Numbered from the stretch's first letter, positions 8,529 to 18,163 are shown. The stretch: 64,000 nt of DNA from Bacteroidota bacterium (GCA_025363385.1 JANYEA010000105.1:25038-89037); one strand, 5' to 3'. The notes: generated from the letters alone by a model not told the origin. Made by a program: numbers and translations.

Positions 8529-10160
8529 ATGCTACGATTAAAAATTAAACTTATTTCCATTTTTTTATTGGGGAGTATAGTTGCTTCCCATTCTTTAGTT
8601 TATGCTCAATCAAATAAACCACTAAGTATTAAACAAGTGGATGCTATTAAAACGGATGTATTACATTCTGTAAGTGATAAAGAAAAAGCTGTGCAAGAAA
8701 TGGTGGATATGGTTTTTAGTTTCGGAGAATTAGGATTTCAGGAATCTGAAACTTCTAAATACCTCACCAATATTCTTGAAAAAAATGGATTCACTATTGA
8801 ACGCGGTATTTCTGGCATCCCTACTGCTTGGATTGCAAAATGGGGAAATGGAAGTCCGGTTATTGCATTAGGAAGTGATATCGATTGTATTCCTAAAGCT
8901 TCACAAAAGCCAGGCGTAGCTTACAAAGATCCAATTGTAGAAGGTGCACCAGGCCATGGTGAAGGCCACAATTCTGGTCAGGCCGTGATCATCTTCGCAG
9001 CTATCGCAGCCAAGGAAGCAATGATTAAAAATAAAATTCCGGGTACCTTAATGATCTGGCCAGGTGTAGCAGAAGAACTTGTAGGAAGTAAAGCATGGTA
9101 TATCCGTGATGGCTATTTTAAAAATGTGGATGCATGTATTTTCACACACGTGAGTGGAGATTTTGGATGCGATTATGGAGATAATGGAGGCAATGGTTTA
9201 GTATCTGTAAAATTCTCTTTTGATGGCGATGCGGCACATGCTGCTGGTGCACCTTGGAGAGGTAAAAGTGCATTAGATGCTGTTGAACTCATGGATATTG
9301 GTTGGAATTTTAAAAGAGAACATTTAAAACCTACACAAAGATCCCACTATGTAATTACTGATGGTGGAGATCAACCCAATGTGGTTCCTTCTAAATCTAG
9401 TGTTTGGTACTATTTCAGAGAAAGAAATTACGCCGATATTCAAAGCATGTACGACGCGGGTATCAATATTGCAAAAGGAGCAGCTATGATGACAGATACT
9501 AAAATGAAGTATCAGATTCTAGGAACTGCATGGCCAGGTCATTTTAATAAACCACTAGCTATTGCATTACATGCCAATATCGAAAAAGTAGGATTTCCCG
9601 AGTGGTCTGAAGCAGACCAACAAATGGCTTTAGCTGTTCAAAAATTAGTGGAAGCTCCTAAAAAAGATATGAAAGGGAAAGAAATAAATGGTTTAAGAAA
9701 TACATTAGATACTTTAAGTGGATCTGTACCCTTCTCATGGGGGGGTGGTTCTGATGATATTGCAGATATTTCATGGAACCTCCCTACCATCGTTTTACGC
9801 TATCCGGCAAATATTCCTGGAACAAAAGGACATCATTGGGCTGATGCCATTGCAATGGCAACACCAATTGCCCATAAAGGGTCTTTAGCTGGTGCAAAAG
9901 CCACTGCACTTACCTTGGTAGATCTTTTTACCAATCCTAAAATCTTGGAGGATGCAAAAGACTATTACAAAAACGTTCAGACGAAAGACGTTCAGTACAA
10001 ACCATTTATAAGTGCCACTGACCCGCCTGCCATTTATTTGAATCAGGAAACCATGAATCAGTATCGCGAAAAGATGAAACCTTTTTATTACGATCCTACC
10101 AAATATGCAACCTATTTAGAGCAACTTGGAATAAAATATCCCACAGTAGAAAAGAAGTAA
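8529..10160 (+). CDS. Secreted M20-family amidohydrolase/peptidase (AbgB-like), paralog 2
   Basis: 543 aa. Signal peptide MLRLKIKLISIFLLGSIVASHSLVYAQ. It is collinear with paralog 1 over the whole mature protein. Confidence 0.85.
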   Translation: MLRLKIKLISIFLLGSIVASHSLVYAQSNKPLSIKQVDAIKTDVLHSVSDKEKAVQEMVDMVFSFGELGFQESETSKYLTNILEKNGFTIERGISGIPTAWIAKWGNGSPVIALGSDIDCIPKASQKPGVAYKDPIVEGAPGHGEGHNSGQAVIIFAAIAAKEAMIKNKIPGTLMIWPGVAEELVGSKAWYIRDGYFKNVDACIFTHVSGDFGCDYGDNGGNGLVSVKFSFDGDAAHAAGAPWRGKSALDAVELMDIGWNFKREHLKPTQRSHYVITDGGDQPNVVPSKSSVWYYFRERNYADIQSMYDAGINIAKGAAMMTDTKMKYQILGTAWPGHFNKPLAIALHANIEKVGFPEWSEADQQMALAVQKLVEAPKKDMKGKEINGLRNTLDTLSGSVPFSWGGGSDDIADISWNLPTIVLRYPANIPGTKGHHWADAIAMATPIAHKGSLAGAKATALTLVDLFTNPKILEDAKDYYKNVQTKDVQYKPFISATDPPAIYLNQETMNQYREKMKPFYYDPTKYATYLEQLGIKYPTVEKK

Positions 10161-10230
10161 TTAATTTAGGGGCCGGTCTTTTAGCAATATTTGCGAAAAT
10201 TACTGGCCCTTATTTTAAAAACCTATCCTG

Positions 10231-10569
10231 ATGAAAACTGTTTTAGTGTTTTTGTGTGTGCTTCTTTTCGCAGCCTGTGAAAAAACTAATTTAACAGATA
10301 CCACCCCTTCTTGTATCAAACAAGCCATGGCAACCGGACAAATAAATGGCTTTACAGTAGGAAAAATAATGTCTTATTCTTTTCAGGGAGATACCGTTTT
10401 TTTAATGGAAGCCCCCGTACCAACCGCAGACATGCCTAATCCTATCTACGACAAAAAGTGTAACCTAATTTGTTCTGTTGGCGGCTTTATTAGTCCGAAT
10501 TTAACCCTCTGCAATGGCGATATATTTAGCAATAAAGCGGTCTTTATAAAAACAGTGTGGACCAAATAA
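10231..10569 (+). CDS. Small lipoprotein, function unknown
   Basis: 112 aa. The lipobox-like N-terminus is MKTVLVFLCVLLFAAC. I recognised no family. Confidence 0.55.
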   Translation: MKTVLVFLCVLLFAACEKTNLTDTTPSCIKQAMATGQINGFTVGKIMSYSFQGDTVFLMEAPVPTADMPNPIYDKKCNLICSVGGFISPNLTLCNGDIFSNKAVFIKTVWTK

Positions 10570-10571
10570 TA

Positions 10572-12164
10572 TTATTCAATTCCTGGTTGTTTTAATACCC
10601 AACCCGTTTTCTTTTTCTCAGCATCAACGATAGCTTTTACATCAGCTAATAATTTTTTAGCGTCATACACAATACCATCTTTAATAGTATACTGTACTCC
10701 ACCAGTTCGTATTATTTTATTGTCTGCATTTAATTCAATGGCACCAGTACCATACAGTACTTGTAAATTTTTAAGAGGGTTCGCATTCACAATTGCGATG
10801 TCTGCTAATTTTCCTACTTCAACAGAACCAATTTCTTTATCGGCGCCTAATGCTTGTGCTGCATATAAAGTAGCCGAACGAATTACTTCAAGTGGATGAA
10901 AACCTGCTTCACGTAAGAGTTCTAATTCACGGATATATCCAAAGCCATATAATTGATAAATAAATCCATTATCCGATCCGGCGGTAACCCTTCCCCCGCG
11001 ATTTTTATACTCATTAATAAATGTCATCCATAAACGATAATTGTTTTTCCATTCCACTTCCTGTTCGGTTCCCCAACTTTGCCAATATGACCCATGTGAT
11101 TGTCTGCTAGGTTCATAAAATTTCCATAAAGAAGGTAATGTATACGTCTCATGCCATTCTGCTCTTCTGGTTCTTTGCAGATCGCGATTGGCGTCATAAA
11201 TATTAAATGTGGGGTCGAGGGTAAAATCAAGCGCTAGTAATTCATTCATTACTTTATTCCAGTGTTCGCTATAAGGGGCTGCTGCTTGTTTCCATAATTT
11301 GCCCGCTTCTTCAAAACGATTTTGTTCGTTGTTATAATTATAATCTAGTGGAAATTGTTGCACCGTTTTATCTGTGAACAGCGCTTCAGGTAATCCATAC
11401 CAATGTTCCATACTCGTCATGCCTGCTCTGGCAGAGTTCAATACATTCCACCTTGCCACATCTGTTTGTGCATGATGGCAACAAGATCTTAAACCCAATC
11501 TTTTATTTTCTCGAATGGCAGCATCCATTACTTCTGGTGAAGCACCAAAAAATTTAATCCCATCCGCTCCATTTTTTGCATTCTGTTGCACCCAAGTGCG
11601 TGCTTGATCTGCTGTTACAATTGGATTGGTACTACCCATTCCAAAAGCAGTATAGGCAAAAATTCTAGGAGCCGTTATTTGATTAGCCGCACTCTTTTTC
11701 TTTTCATCTAAAACCCAATCTAATCCATTACCTGTTGAGGGATCTCGTATCGTAGTTATGCCATGTGCCATCCATAATTTAAAAACATATTCTGCGGGTG
11801 TACCCTGTTCTGTACCTCCAATATGCCCGTGCATATCAATCAATCCAGGCATCGCATACATGCCTTCACAATTCAATTCTTTACCACCGGGTTTTAATAC
11901 CGGTCTTCGTCCATCAGCAATCTTAATACCAGGGCTTCCCAATGAAGCGATTTGAACAATTTTATTTTTTTCAATCACAATATCAACAGGCCCGTACGCG
12001 GGTGCACCGGTTCCATTTATTAAAGTAACCCCTCTAATAATTAATTGTACATATTGTCCATCCCCATCATTTTTTTCAGGGGCTTTAGCTATTTGCGCAA
12101 AGTTGGTAGCCGTTACAATCATGGCCATAGAAAACACCAAGATCTTTTTACTAATGATATGCAT
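10572..12164 (-). CDS. Secreted metal-dependent amidohydrolase-superfamily protein
   Basis: The ATG at 12164 gives MHIISKKILVFSMAMIVTATNFAQ, a signal peptide. The HxH motif is GLIDMHGHIGG. The C-terminal segment GSVEVGKLADIAIV is typical of the amidohydrolase fold. Confidence 0.8.
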   Translation of the reverse strand: MHIISKKILVFSMAMIVTATNFAQIAKAPEKNDGDGQYVQLIIRGVTLINGTGAPAYGPVDIVIEKNKIVQIASLGSPGIKIADGRRPVLKPGGKELNCEGMYAMPGLIDMHGHIGGTEQGTPAEYVFKLWMAHGITTIRDPSTGNGLDWVLDEKKKSAANQITAPRIFAYTAFGMGSTNPIVTADQARTWVQQNAKNGADGIKFFGASPEVMDAAIRENKRLGLRSCCHHAQTDVARWNVLNSARAGMTSMEHWYGLPEALFTDKTVQQFPLDYNYNNEQNRFEEAGKLWKQAAAPYSEHWNKVMNELLALDFTLDPTFNIYDANRDLQRTRRAEWHETYTLPSLWKFYEPSRQSHGSYWQSWGTEQEVEWKNNYRLWMTFINEYKNRGGRVTAGSDNGFIYQLYGFGYIRELELLREAGFHPLEVIRSATLYAAQALGADKEIGSVEVGKLADIAIVNANPLKNLQVLYGTGAIELNADNKIIRTGGVQYTIKDGIVYDAKKLLADVKAIVDAEKKKTGWVLKQPGIE

Positions 12165-12222
12165 AGTTATTGTTTGAAATGAAATATACAATTAAAAAAT
12201 AATTATCGGGAATTCGCTGCAA

Positions 12223-13800
12223 TTATTCAATACTCTGGGCATTTCGTGCAACGACTTTTTTCTGTGTTTCCAGAAATTTATTTCTGATAACAGTTTGTAC
12301 CGGTGTGATAGAAATTTTACTTTCAAGCCAAGAGATAATATCGAGATACATAAACGCACGCGTTTCAAATCTGTCGTTCTCCAACTCTTTTAATTGCAAG
12401 AGTAATTTTTCAAACTCCGGTTTTAATTCTTTTGGAGAAAGCCTAAAACTATACCTGATAAACGCAAAAACAGCCACTTCTACCGTACTGAGGTTTTCCA
12501 TTTTCGACATAAATCGATAGACCGATTTCAATAAGTATTCGAGTATATCGTAATTCCCCAATTCATAGTGTGCAATTAAATGTAATAGCCTGGCATAACA
12601 TTGGAGGTCGGTTCTTAGATCTACTTTCCAGTTAATGATCTTATTTAGAAAGTCGATACTTCTATCAAAATCTCCACTTCCAAAATACAGGGATGCTATT
12701 TTGTAATAAAATACCAATATGCGATGCCTGTCTAGATATAGTTCATATTCTTTGAGCTTCTCTTCAATCAACGGAACTTCACTTAATCCTTCCGTAAAAC
12801 TGCCCTCCATAAAATGTTGGTTCAGTTTTGCAATCTGGATATATACAAACACCTGTATGAGGTTATTATGATTCTGTTGCACGATACTGGTCTGTGAAAA
12901 ATTTTCGAAACATTGAATTGTTTCCCGAAATTTTTGATAATTACCCAGATCAAAATGCGCACTCATTAAATTATGCAAGCCTTTTATATAATGAGCCGTT
13001 TCTACTTCTATCATCTTTGGCTCTTGATTAAAAAGGTCTACCCATTTCGAACAATACCTATAATACATAATCAGATCCTGAATAATGAACGCGTACCAAC
13101 ATTTACACTGATAGCGATATAACTTTTCATAAAATCCCTTACAATCTTTCGAGGCTTCTATTAAACCATTATTGTATAAAAGGTTAAGCGATTCTGCATC
13201 CTTACTATTTCTGGCTAATCCATTTTTAATATACCAACTGTATAACTGAAGCGATAAATTAGACAATGCACCAATCATGGTTAGCCGTTGATTGGTTTCC
13301 ACCACTTCAGCAGCCAGGCGATCTGCCCGATCCTGCATACTGCGGGTAATATGTAGACCTTCAATGTTCTTCTCTAAAAATAAGGCCTGAAGCAAATAAG
13401 TTACCTGATTATTGGCCTTCGATAATTCTTTGATCTTTTCTAAAATCTTGAGACTCTGGTGGTAAAGACCTTTATTATATAGGATGCGAGCAAAGTCGAG
13501 CTGCTCATGAATTTGAATGTCGATGTTATCATCCTGTTTCAATAGCCTCAGGCTATTGAGCAATTCACGGTATAAATGAGCTTTTAGGTTCGATAATTGC
13601 TGTTTTTGAAGTGTAGGGTTCTTTTTAAATAATAATTCCTCGTCGTATACCTCCATTTTATCCAATGCATCGAATAACTGAATGATTTTCAAGTCGCTGG
13701 AAGCAGAATTTCGCTTCACAAATAACTTGAAATTCCGCTTTTCTGATCTTTCTAGCGACTGAATCAACAAAAACAAAGCATCAGTAGAACGGTTAGGCAT
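12223..13800 (-). CDS. Hypothetical all-helical TPR-like protein
   Basis: The ATG at 13800 (MPNRSTDALFLLIQSLERSEKRNFKLF...) gives about 525 aa. It has repeated helical-hairpin signatures (YNKGLYHQSLKILEKI, DLGNYQKFRETIQCF, GSGDFDRSIDFLNKI, ELGNYDILEYLLKSV). It has no signal peptide and I recognised no family. Confidence 0.6.
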   Translation of the reverse strand: MPNRSTDALFLLIQSLERSEKRNFKLFVKRNSASSDLKIIQLFDALDKMEVYDEELLFKKNPTLQKQQLSNLKAHLYRELLNSLRLLKQDDNIDIQIHEQLDFARILYNKGLYHQSLKILEKIKELSKANNQVTYLLQALFLEKNIEGLHITRSMQDRADRLAAEVVETNQRLTMIGALSNLSLQLYSWYIKNGLARNSKDAESLNLLYNNGLIEASKDCKGFYEKLYRYQCKCWYAFIIQDLIMYYRYCSKWVDLFNQEPKMIEVETAHYIKGLHNLMSAHFDLGNYQKFRETIQCFENFSQTSIVQQNHNNLIQVFVYIQIAKLNQHFMEGSFTEGLSEVPLIEEKLKEYELYLDRHRILVFYYKIASLYFGSGDFDRSIDFLNKIINWKVDLRTDLQCYARLLHLIAHYELGNYDILEYLLKSVYRFMSKMENLSTVEVAVFAFIRYSFRLSPKELKPEFEKLLLQLKELENDRFETRAFMYLDIISWLESKISITPVQTVIRNKFLETQKKVVARNAQSIE

Positions 13801-14014
13801 CGTAATTTTTTTGGGCCAAAAATCAATAACAGCAAGGCTTTCATCAAATATATGACAATTTGAGCACTGTAAAAACAGCACTATTTTGATCAAAATAAGA
13901 CATTGTTTGCATTTATATTCGAATATGGCAGGTTGGCTTCTTTGTTATAAAAGACGATCTATAACAAATTTAGTCGCCTGTTTTCTTGTCTAAAAAGGTT
14001 AAAAAAGCTAATAC

Positions 14015-15181
14015 ATGAGTGAAAAGGTTTATATATTCGATACCACATTACGCGATGGAGAGCAGGTGCCTGGTTGTAAGTTAAATGCTACTGAAAAACT
14101 GGAATTGGCTTTAAAACTCGAGGCATTAGGTGTTGATATTATTGAAGCTGGCTTCCCCGTTTCCAGTCCCGGTGATTTTGAATCGGTATCCCAAATTGCC
14201 AAAGTGATCAAAAATGCCACTGTTTGTGGGTTAAGTCGCGCTGTACAAAAAGACATCGAAGTAGCAGGTGCAGCATTGAAATTTGCAAAACGTTCACGAA
14301 TTCATACAGGAATTGGCACTTCTGATTTTCATATCAAGAGTAAATTCAATTCTAATAGAGAAGATATTTTAGAGAGAGCCATTCAATGTGTGAAGTGGGC
14401 CAGAAATTTTACAGACGACGTTGAGTTCTATGCAGAAGATGCAGGTAGAACTGAAAATGAATATTTAGCGAGAGTAGTGGAATCCGTTATCAAGGCCGGA
14501 GCTACTGTAGTTAATATTCCGGATACCACAGGCTATTGTTTGCCAAACCAATACGGTGATAAGATTGCTTACTTGATCAACAACGTCCCAAATGTTGACA
14601 AGGCAATTCTTTCTTGCCATTGCCACAACGATTTGGGGTTAGCCACTGCTAACTCCATTGCTGGCATTATTAGCGGTGCCCGACAAATTGAGTGTACCAT
14701 TAACGGTTTAGGCGAACGTGCTGGAAACACAGCATTAGAAGAAGTTGCCATGATCATTCAATCGCATAAAGACCTTGGTTTTTATACCAATATTGATAGT
14801 AAACAATTGAATCCCTTGAGCCGTGAGGTATCAGATATCATGCGCATGCCTGTTCAACCAAATAAGGCAATCGTTGGTGCAAATGCATTTTCACATTCAT
14901 CAGGTATTCATCAGGATGGGTTTTTGAAAGATGCACAAACCTATGAGATCATAAATCCTGAAGTTGTAGGTGCAGGAGAAAGTAAGATCGTGTTAACAGC
15001 AAGAAGCGGAAGAAGCGCTTTGGCACATCGCTTTCAAAAAATTGGTTATCAGTATAATCGTAACGATATAGACTTTTTGTATGAAAAGTTCTTACAGGTT
15101 GCCGATCGCAAAAAGGAAGTGGAAGAAAGCGATTTGCATTCGCTAGCAAAGGCTTATAGCCCAGTGCTAGCCACAAATTAG
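14015..15181 (+). CDS. Short-form 2-isopropylmalate synthase / citramalate synthase-like (DRE-TIM aldolase, no C-terminal regulatory domain)
   Basis: 388 aa. Motifs [23 protein letters not shown] and HSSGIHQDG are present. The protein ends just after the catalytic core, and a terminator follows. Confidence 0.8.
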   Translation: MSEKVYIFDTTLRDGEQVPGCKLNATEKLELALKLEALGVDIIEAGFPVSSPGDFESVSQIAKVIKNATVCGLSRAVQKDIEVAGAALKFAKRSRIHTGIGTSDFHIKSKFNSNREDILERAIQCVKWARNFTDDVEFYAEDAGRTENEYLARVVESVIKAGATVVNIPDTTGYCLPNQYGDKIAYLINNVPNVDKAILSCHCHNDLGLATANSIAGIISGARQIECTINGLGERAGNTALEEVAMIIQSHKDLGFYTNIDSKQLNPLSREVSDIMRMPVQPNKAIVGANAFSHSSGIHQDGFLKDAQTYEIINPEVVGAGESKIVLTARSGRSALAHRFQKIGYQYNRNDIDFLYEKFLQVADRKKEVEESDLHSLAKAYSPVLATN

Positions 15182-15213
15182 GGTTTTCTCATAAGTATAG
15201 TTTTAGTTTTTAG

Positions 15214-15241
15214 GCGTGGCGTTTCTGCGTCACGCTTTTTA
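15214..15241 (+). terminator. Rho-independent terminator after the leuA-like gene
   Basis: GCGTGGCG / CGTCACGC forms an 8-bp stem (one G-U) with a 6-nt loop, followed by TTTTTA. Confidence 0.75.
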
Positions 15242-15351
15242 TGTCGATTCAATTGTACCTAATTCAAAAATTATTATGTACGATTTTATTTAATAGAAGA
15301 GTTCTTTGTTTATTTCGGATGACAGTACTAAATTCGCATGAATAACAACAC

Positions 15352-15453
15352 ATGTTAAAAAGCAAATTAAATAATGTCATTATCATCAACACGGTCATAA
15401 CGATCGTGGTGGTCATTATTATTCCTGCTTTGAACAGAGGTTGTGCATTTTAA
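15352..15453 (+). CDS. Putative ilv operon leader peptide (33 aa, Ile/Val-rich)
   Basis: My translation is MLKSKLNNVIIINTVITIVVVIIIPALNRGCAF*. Residues 9-24 are 8 Ile, 5 Val, 2 Thr and 1 Asn. It lies between the leuA-like terminator and a perfect terminator hairpin upstream of ilvE. Confidence 0.75.
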   Translation: MLKSKLNNVIIINTVITIVVVIIIPALNRGCAF

Positions 15454-15476
15454 TAGTTAAGTATAAACTACCTATA

Positions 15477-15512
15477 AAAGCCCCGCCTCGAAACAGGCGG
15501 GGCTTTGTTTTT
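15477..15512 (+). terminator. Attenuator terminator of the ilv leader
   Basis: AAAGCCCCGCC (15477-15487) and GGCGGGGCTTT (15496-15506) form a perfect 11-bp stem with an 8-nt loop, followed by GTTTTT. It ends 38 nt before the ilvE ATG. Confidence 0.85.
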
Positions 15513-15549
15513 ACGAACATCCGAAATCAATTAAAGAATAAATAAGATT

Positions 15550-16428
15550 ATGGCAAATTATTACAACGAAAACACGATTATTTTTCTCGATGGCAATTTT
15601 GTGAAAGCAGCTGAGTCGAAAATTGATTTATACAGTCAGTCGCTTCACTATGGATTCGCAGTTTTTGAAGGCATTCGCTCATACAGAACTACAAATGGAG
15701 ATACACAGATCTTCAAAGCCAAAGAACACTTTGATCGCTTAAAGCATTCAGCAGATTCATTACGTCTTCCGTATCAATTTAAGTCTGAAGACCTTATCGA
15801 TGCTACTTACGAAGTTTTAAAACAAAATAACTTACAGAACGCTTATATCCGTCCGTTGGTTTACGGACCATCGAATATGTCGTTCAACCTCAATACAGAA
15901 TCTCACCTAACTATTCAGGCCTGGGAAATGGGTGCATTTTTAGGAGATAAATTATTACGTATCGGAACCTCGTCTTTTCAACGCCCCAATCCAAAAGGAT
16001 TTAAAATTACTGCAAAAGCTGCTGGGCATTATGTAAATAGTATCCTGGCCAGCTATGAAGCAAAAGATATGGGGTATGATGAAGCATTGCTAACAGATAT
16101 GAACGGATTCGTGGCTGAAGGCCCAGGTGCGAATATGTTCTTCGAAAAAGATGGCAAGTTATTTACCCCATCACTAGGTAATATTTTACCTGGTATCACA
16201 CGTGCCACTGTTTTGGAAATATGTAAAAATTTAGATATTTCAGTGGAAGAGAAATTCTTTACAAAAGAAGATGTATATGGTTCAGATGCCGCATTTTTCT
16301 GTGGTACAGCCGCTGAAGTGATCGGCTGGGAAAGCCTTGATGGTATTGCATTTAAGAAAGGCTGGAACGATACATTAGGTAAAAAAGTACAAGACGCTTA
16401 TAAAGCATTGATTGTAGCTGATAAATAA
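15550..16428 (+). CDS. ilvE: Branched-chain amino acid aminotransferase (class IV)
   Basis: 292 aa. Motifs FEGIRSY, AYIRP and AKAAGHYVNS are present, and the gene heads the ilv operon. Confidence 0.9.
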   Translation: MANYYNENTIIFLDGNFVKAAESKIDLYSQSLHYGFAVFEGIRSYRTTNGDTQIFKAKEHFDRLKHSADSLRLPYQFKSEDLIDATYEVLKQNNLQNAYIRPLVYGPSNMSFNLNTESHLTIQAWEMGAFLGDKLLRIGTSSFQRPNPKGFKITAKAAGHYVNSILASYEAKDMGYDEALLTDMNGFVAEGPGANMFFEKDGKLFTPSLGNILPGITRATVLEICKNLDISVEEKFFTKEDVYGSDAAFFCGTAAEVIGWESLDGIAFKKGWNDTLGKKVQDAYKALIVADK

Positions 16429-16452
16429 TCAAGAATCGGAAATTAAGAGATC

Positions 16453-18132
16453 ATGGAATTAAATAAGTATAGCAAAACAATAACACTAGATGCCACACAA
16501 CCTGCAGCGCAGGCTATGTTTTACGGAATTGGATTAACCGACGAAGATTTGCAAAAAGCACAAGTGGGTGTAGTGAGTATGGGTTATGATGGAAACACTT
16601 GTAACATGCATTTGAATGAGTTGGCTCAGGTTGTTAAAAAAGGTATTTGGAAAAATAATTTAGTAGGCCTCATCTTCAACACTATCGGAGTGAGTGATGG
16701 TATGAGTAATGGTACCGATGGCATGCGTTATTCATTGGTGAGCCGAGATGTAATTGCAGATTCTATTGAAGCTGTTTGTGGTGCGCAATATTACGATGGT
16801 TTAATTGCCATCCCTGGTTGTGATAAAAATATGCCGGGTTCCTTAATAGCTATGGGTCGATTAAATCGCCCCGCCATTATGGTATACGGTGGAACCATTG
16901 CCCCTGGTCATTATAATGGACAAGACTTAAATATTGTTTCTGCTTTTGAAGCATTAGGTCAGAAGATTGCAGGTAATTTAAGTGAGGCCGATTTTAAAGG
17001 TATTGTTCAACACGCTTGTCCAGGTGCAGGTGCCTGTGGTGGTATGTATACTGCTAATACCATGGCCTCTGCTATCGAAGCCTTGGGTATGAGTCTTCCC
17101 TTCTCTTCATCAAACCCTGCCCTGAGCGCAGAAAAACAAAAAGAATGTCAGGACGCTGGTGCTGCTATTAAATTATTACTGGAAAAAGATATCAAACCAA
17201 AAGATATCATGACACGTAAAGCATTTGAAAATGCCATTACACTAATCATGATTTTGGGCGGCTCTACCAACGCAGTGCTACACATGATTGCCATGGCAAA
17301 GAGTGTGGATGTTAGTTTAACACAAGATGATATTCAAGCCATCAGTGATAAAACACCTGTATTAGCAGATTTTAAACCAAGTGGTAAATACCTGATGCAA
17401 GACCTGCACCAATATGGTGGTGTTCCTGCAGTAATGAAATACTTATTAAAGAATGGTTTCTTACACGGCGATTGTTTAACCGTTACCGGAAAAACCATTG
17501 CAGAGAATTTAGAAAAAATGCCTGATCTGGATTTTGATCAGCAAAAAATTATATTCCCCCTGGAGTCACCCCTTAAAGCTACTGGTCATTTACAAATCCT
17601 CTACGGCAATCTTGCTGAAAAAGGCTCTGTGGCAAAGATCAGTGGTAAAGAAGGTGAAAAATTTGTGGGCCCTGCCCGCGTTTTTGATGGTGAACAAGAA
17701 TTGATCAAAGGCATTAACAGTGGAAAAATTAAACACGGCGATGTAGTGGTGATTAAACACGTTGGACCAAAAGGAGCACCCGGTATGCCAGAAATGCTGA
17801 AACCAACATCTGCAATTATTGGTGCAGGTTTAGGAAAATCTGTAGCCTTAATTACTGATGGTAGATTCAGTGGCGGTACTCACGGATTTGTGGTAGGTCA
17901 TATAACACCAGAAGCATTTGTGGGTGGTTTAATTGGATTAGTGGAAGACGATGATGTGATTGAATTAGATGCCGTAAATAATACAATCCATCTTCGAGTC
18001 AGCGATGAGATCATTGCTCAGCGTAGAGCAAATTGGAAACAACCTGCCTTAAAAGCAACAAAAGGATTGTTATTCAAATACGCACAATGTGTAAAAGATG
18101 CTTCAGAAGGTTGTGTAACCGACGAAGCCTAA
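16453..18132 (+). CDS. ilvD: Dihydroxy-acid dehydratase
   Basis: 559 aa. Motifs [21 protein letters not shown] and [12 protein letters not shown] are present. Confidence 0.95.
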   Translation: MELNKYSKTITLDATQPAAQAMFYGIGLTDEDLQKAQVGVVSMGYDGNTCNMHLNELAQVVKKGIWKNNLVGLIFNTIGVSDGMSNGTDGMRYSLVSRDVIADSIEAVCGAQYYDGLIAIPGCDKNMPGSLIAMGRLNRPAIMVYGGTIAPGHYNGQDLNIVSAFEALGQKIAGNLSEADFKGIVQHACPGAGACGGMYTANTMASAIEALGMSLPFSSSNPALSAEKQKECQDAGAAIKLLLEKDIKPKDIMTRKAFENAITLIMILGGSTNAVLHMIAMAKSVDVSLTQDDIQAISDKTPVLADFKPSGKYLMQDLHQYGGVPAVMKYLLKNGFLHGDCLTVTGKTIAENLEKMPDLDFDQQKIIFPLESPLKATGHLQILYGNLAEKGSVAKISGKEGEKFVGPARVFDGEQELIKGINSGKIKHGDVVVIKHVGPKGAPGMPEMLKPTSAIIGAGLGKSVALITDGRFSGGTHGFVVGHITPEAFVGGLIGLVEDDDVIELDAVNNTIHLRVSDEIIAQRRANWKQPALKATKGLLFKYAQCVKDASEGCVTDEA

Positions 18133-18163
18133 AATAATTTAGTTCAACTTTCAATATTTACTG

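Noticed and set aside
13925-13993. A 22-codon ORF (MAGWLLCYKRRSITNLVACFLV) upstream of the leuA-like gene, considered as a possible Leu leader peptide.
   Set aside because: It has only scattered Leu codons, no run of them, and no downstream terminator hairpin. It does not resemble an attenuator.
15241-15345. A 34-codon ORF (MSIQLYLIQKLLCTILFNRRVLCLFRMTVLNSHE) between the leuA-like terminator and the ilv leader.
   Set aside because: Its ATG lies at the very end of the terminator T-tract. Its composition is what AT-rich DNA gives by chance, and it has no regulatory codon run. The region more likely holds the ilv promoter: a TTTG at 15305-15308 and a TAAATTCG at 15329-15336 weakly match the -33/-7 pattern.
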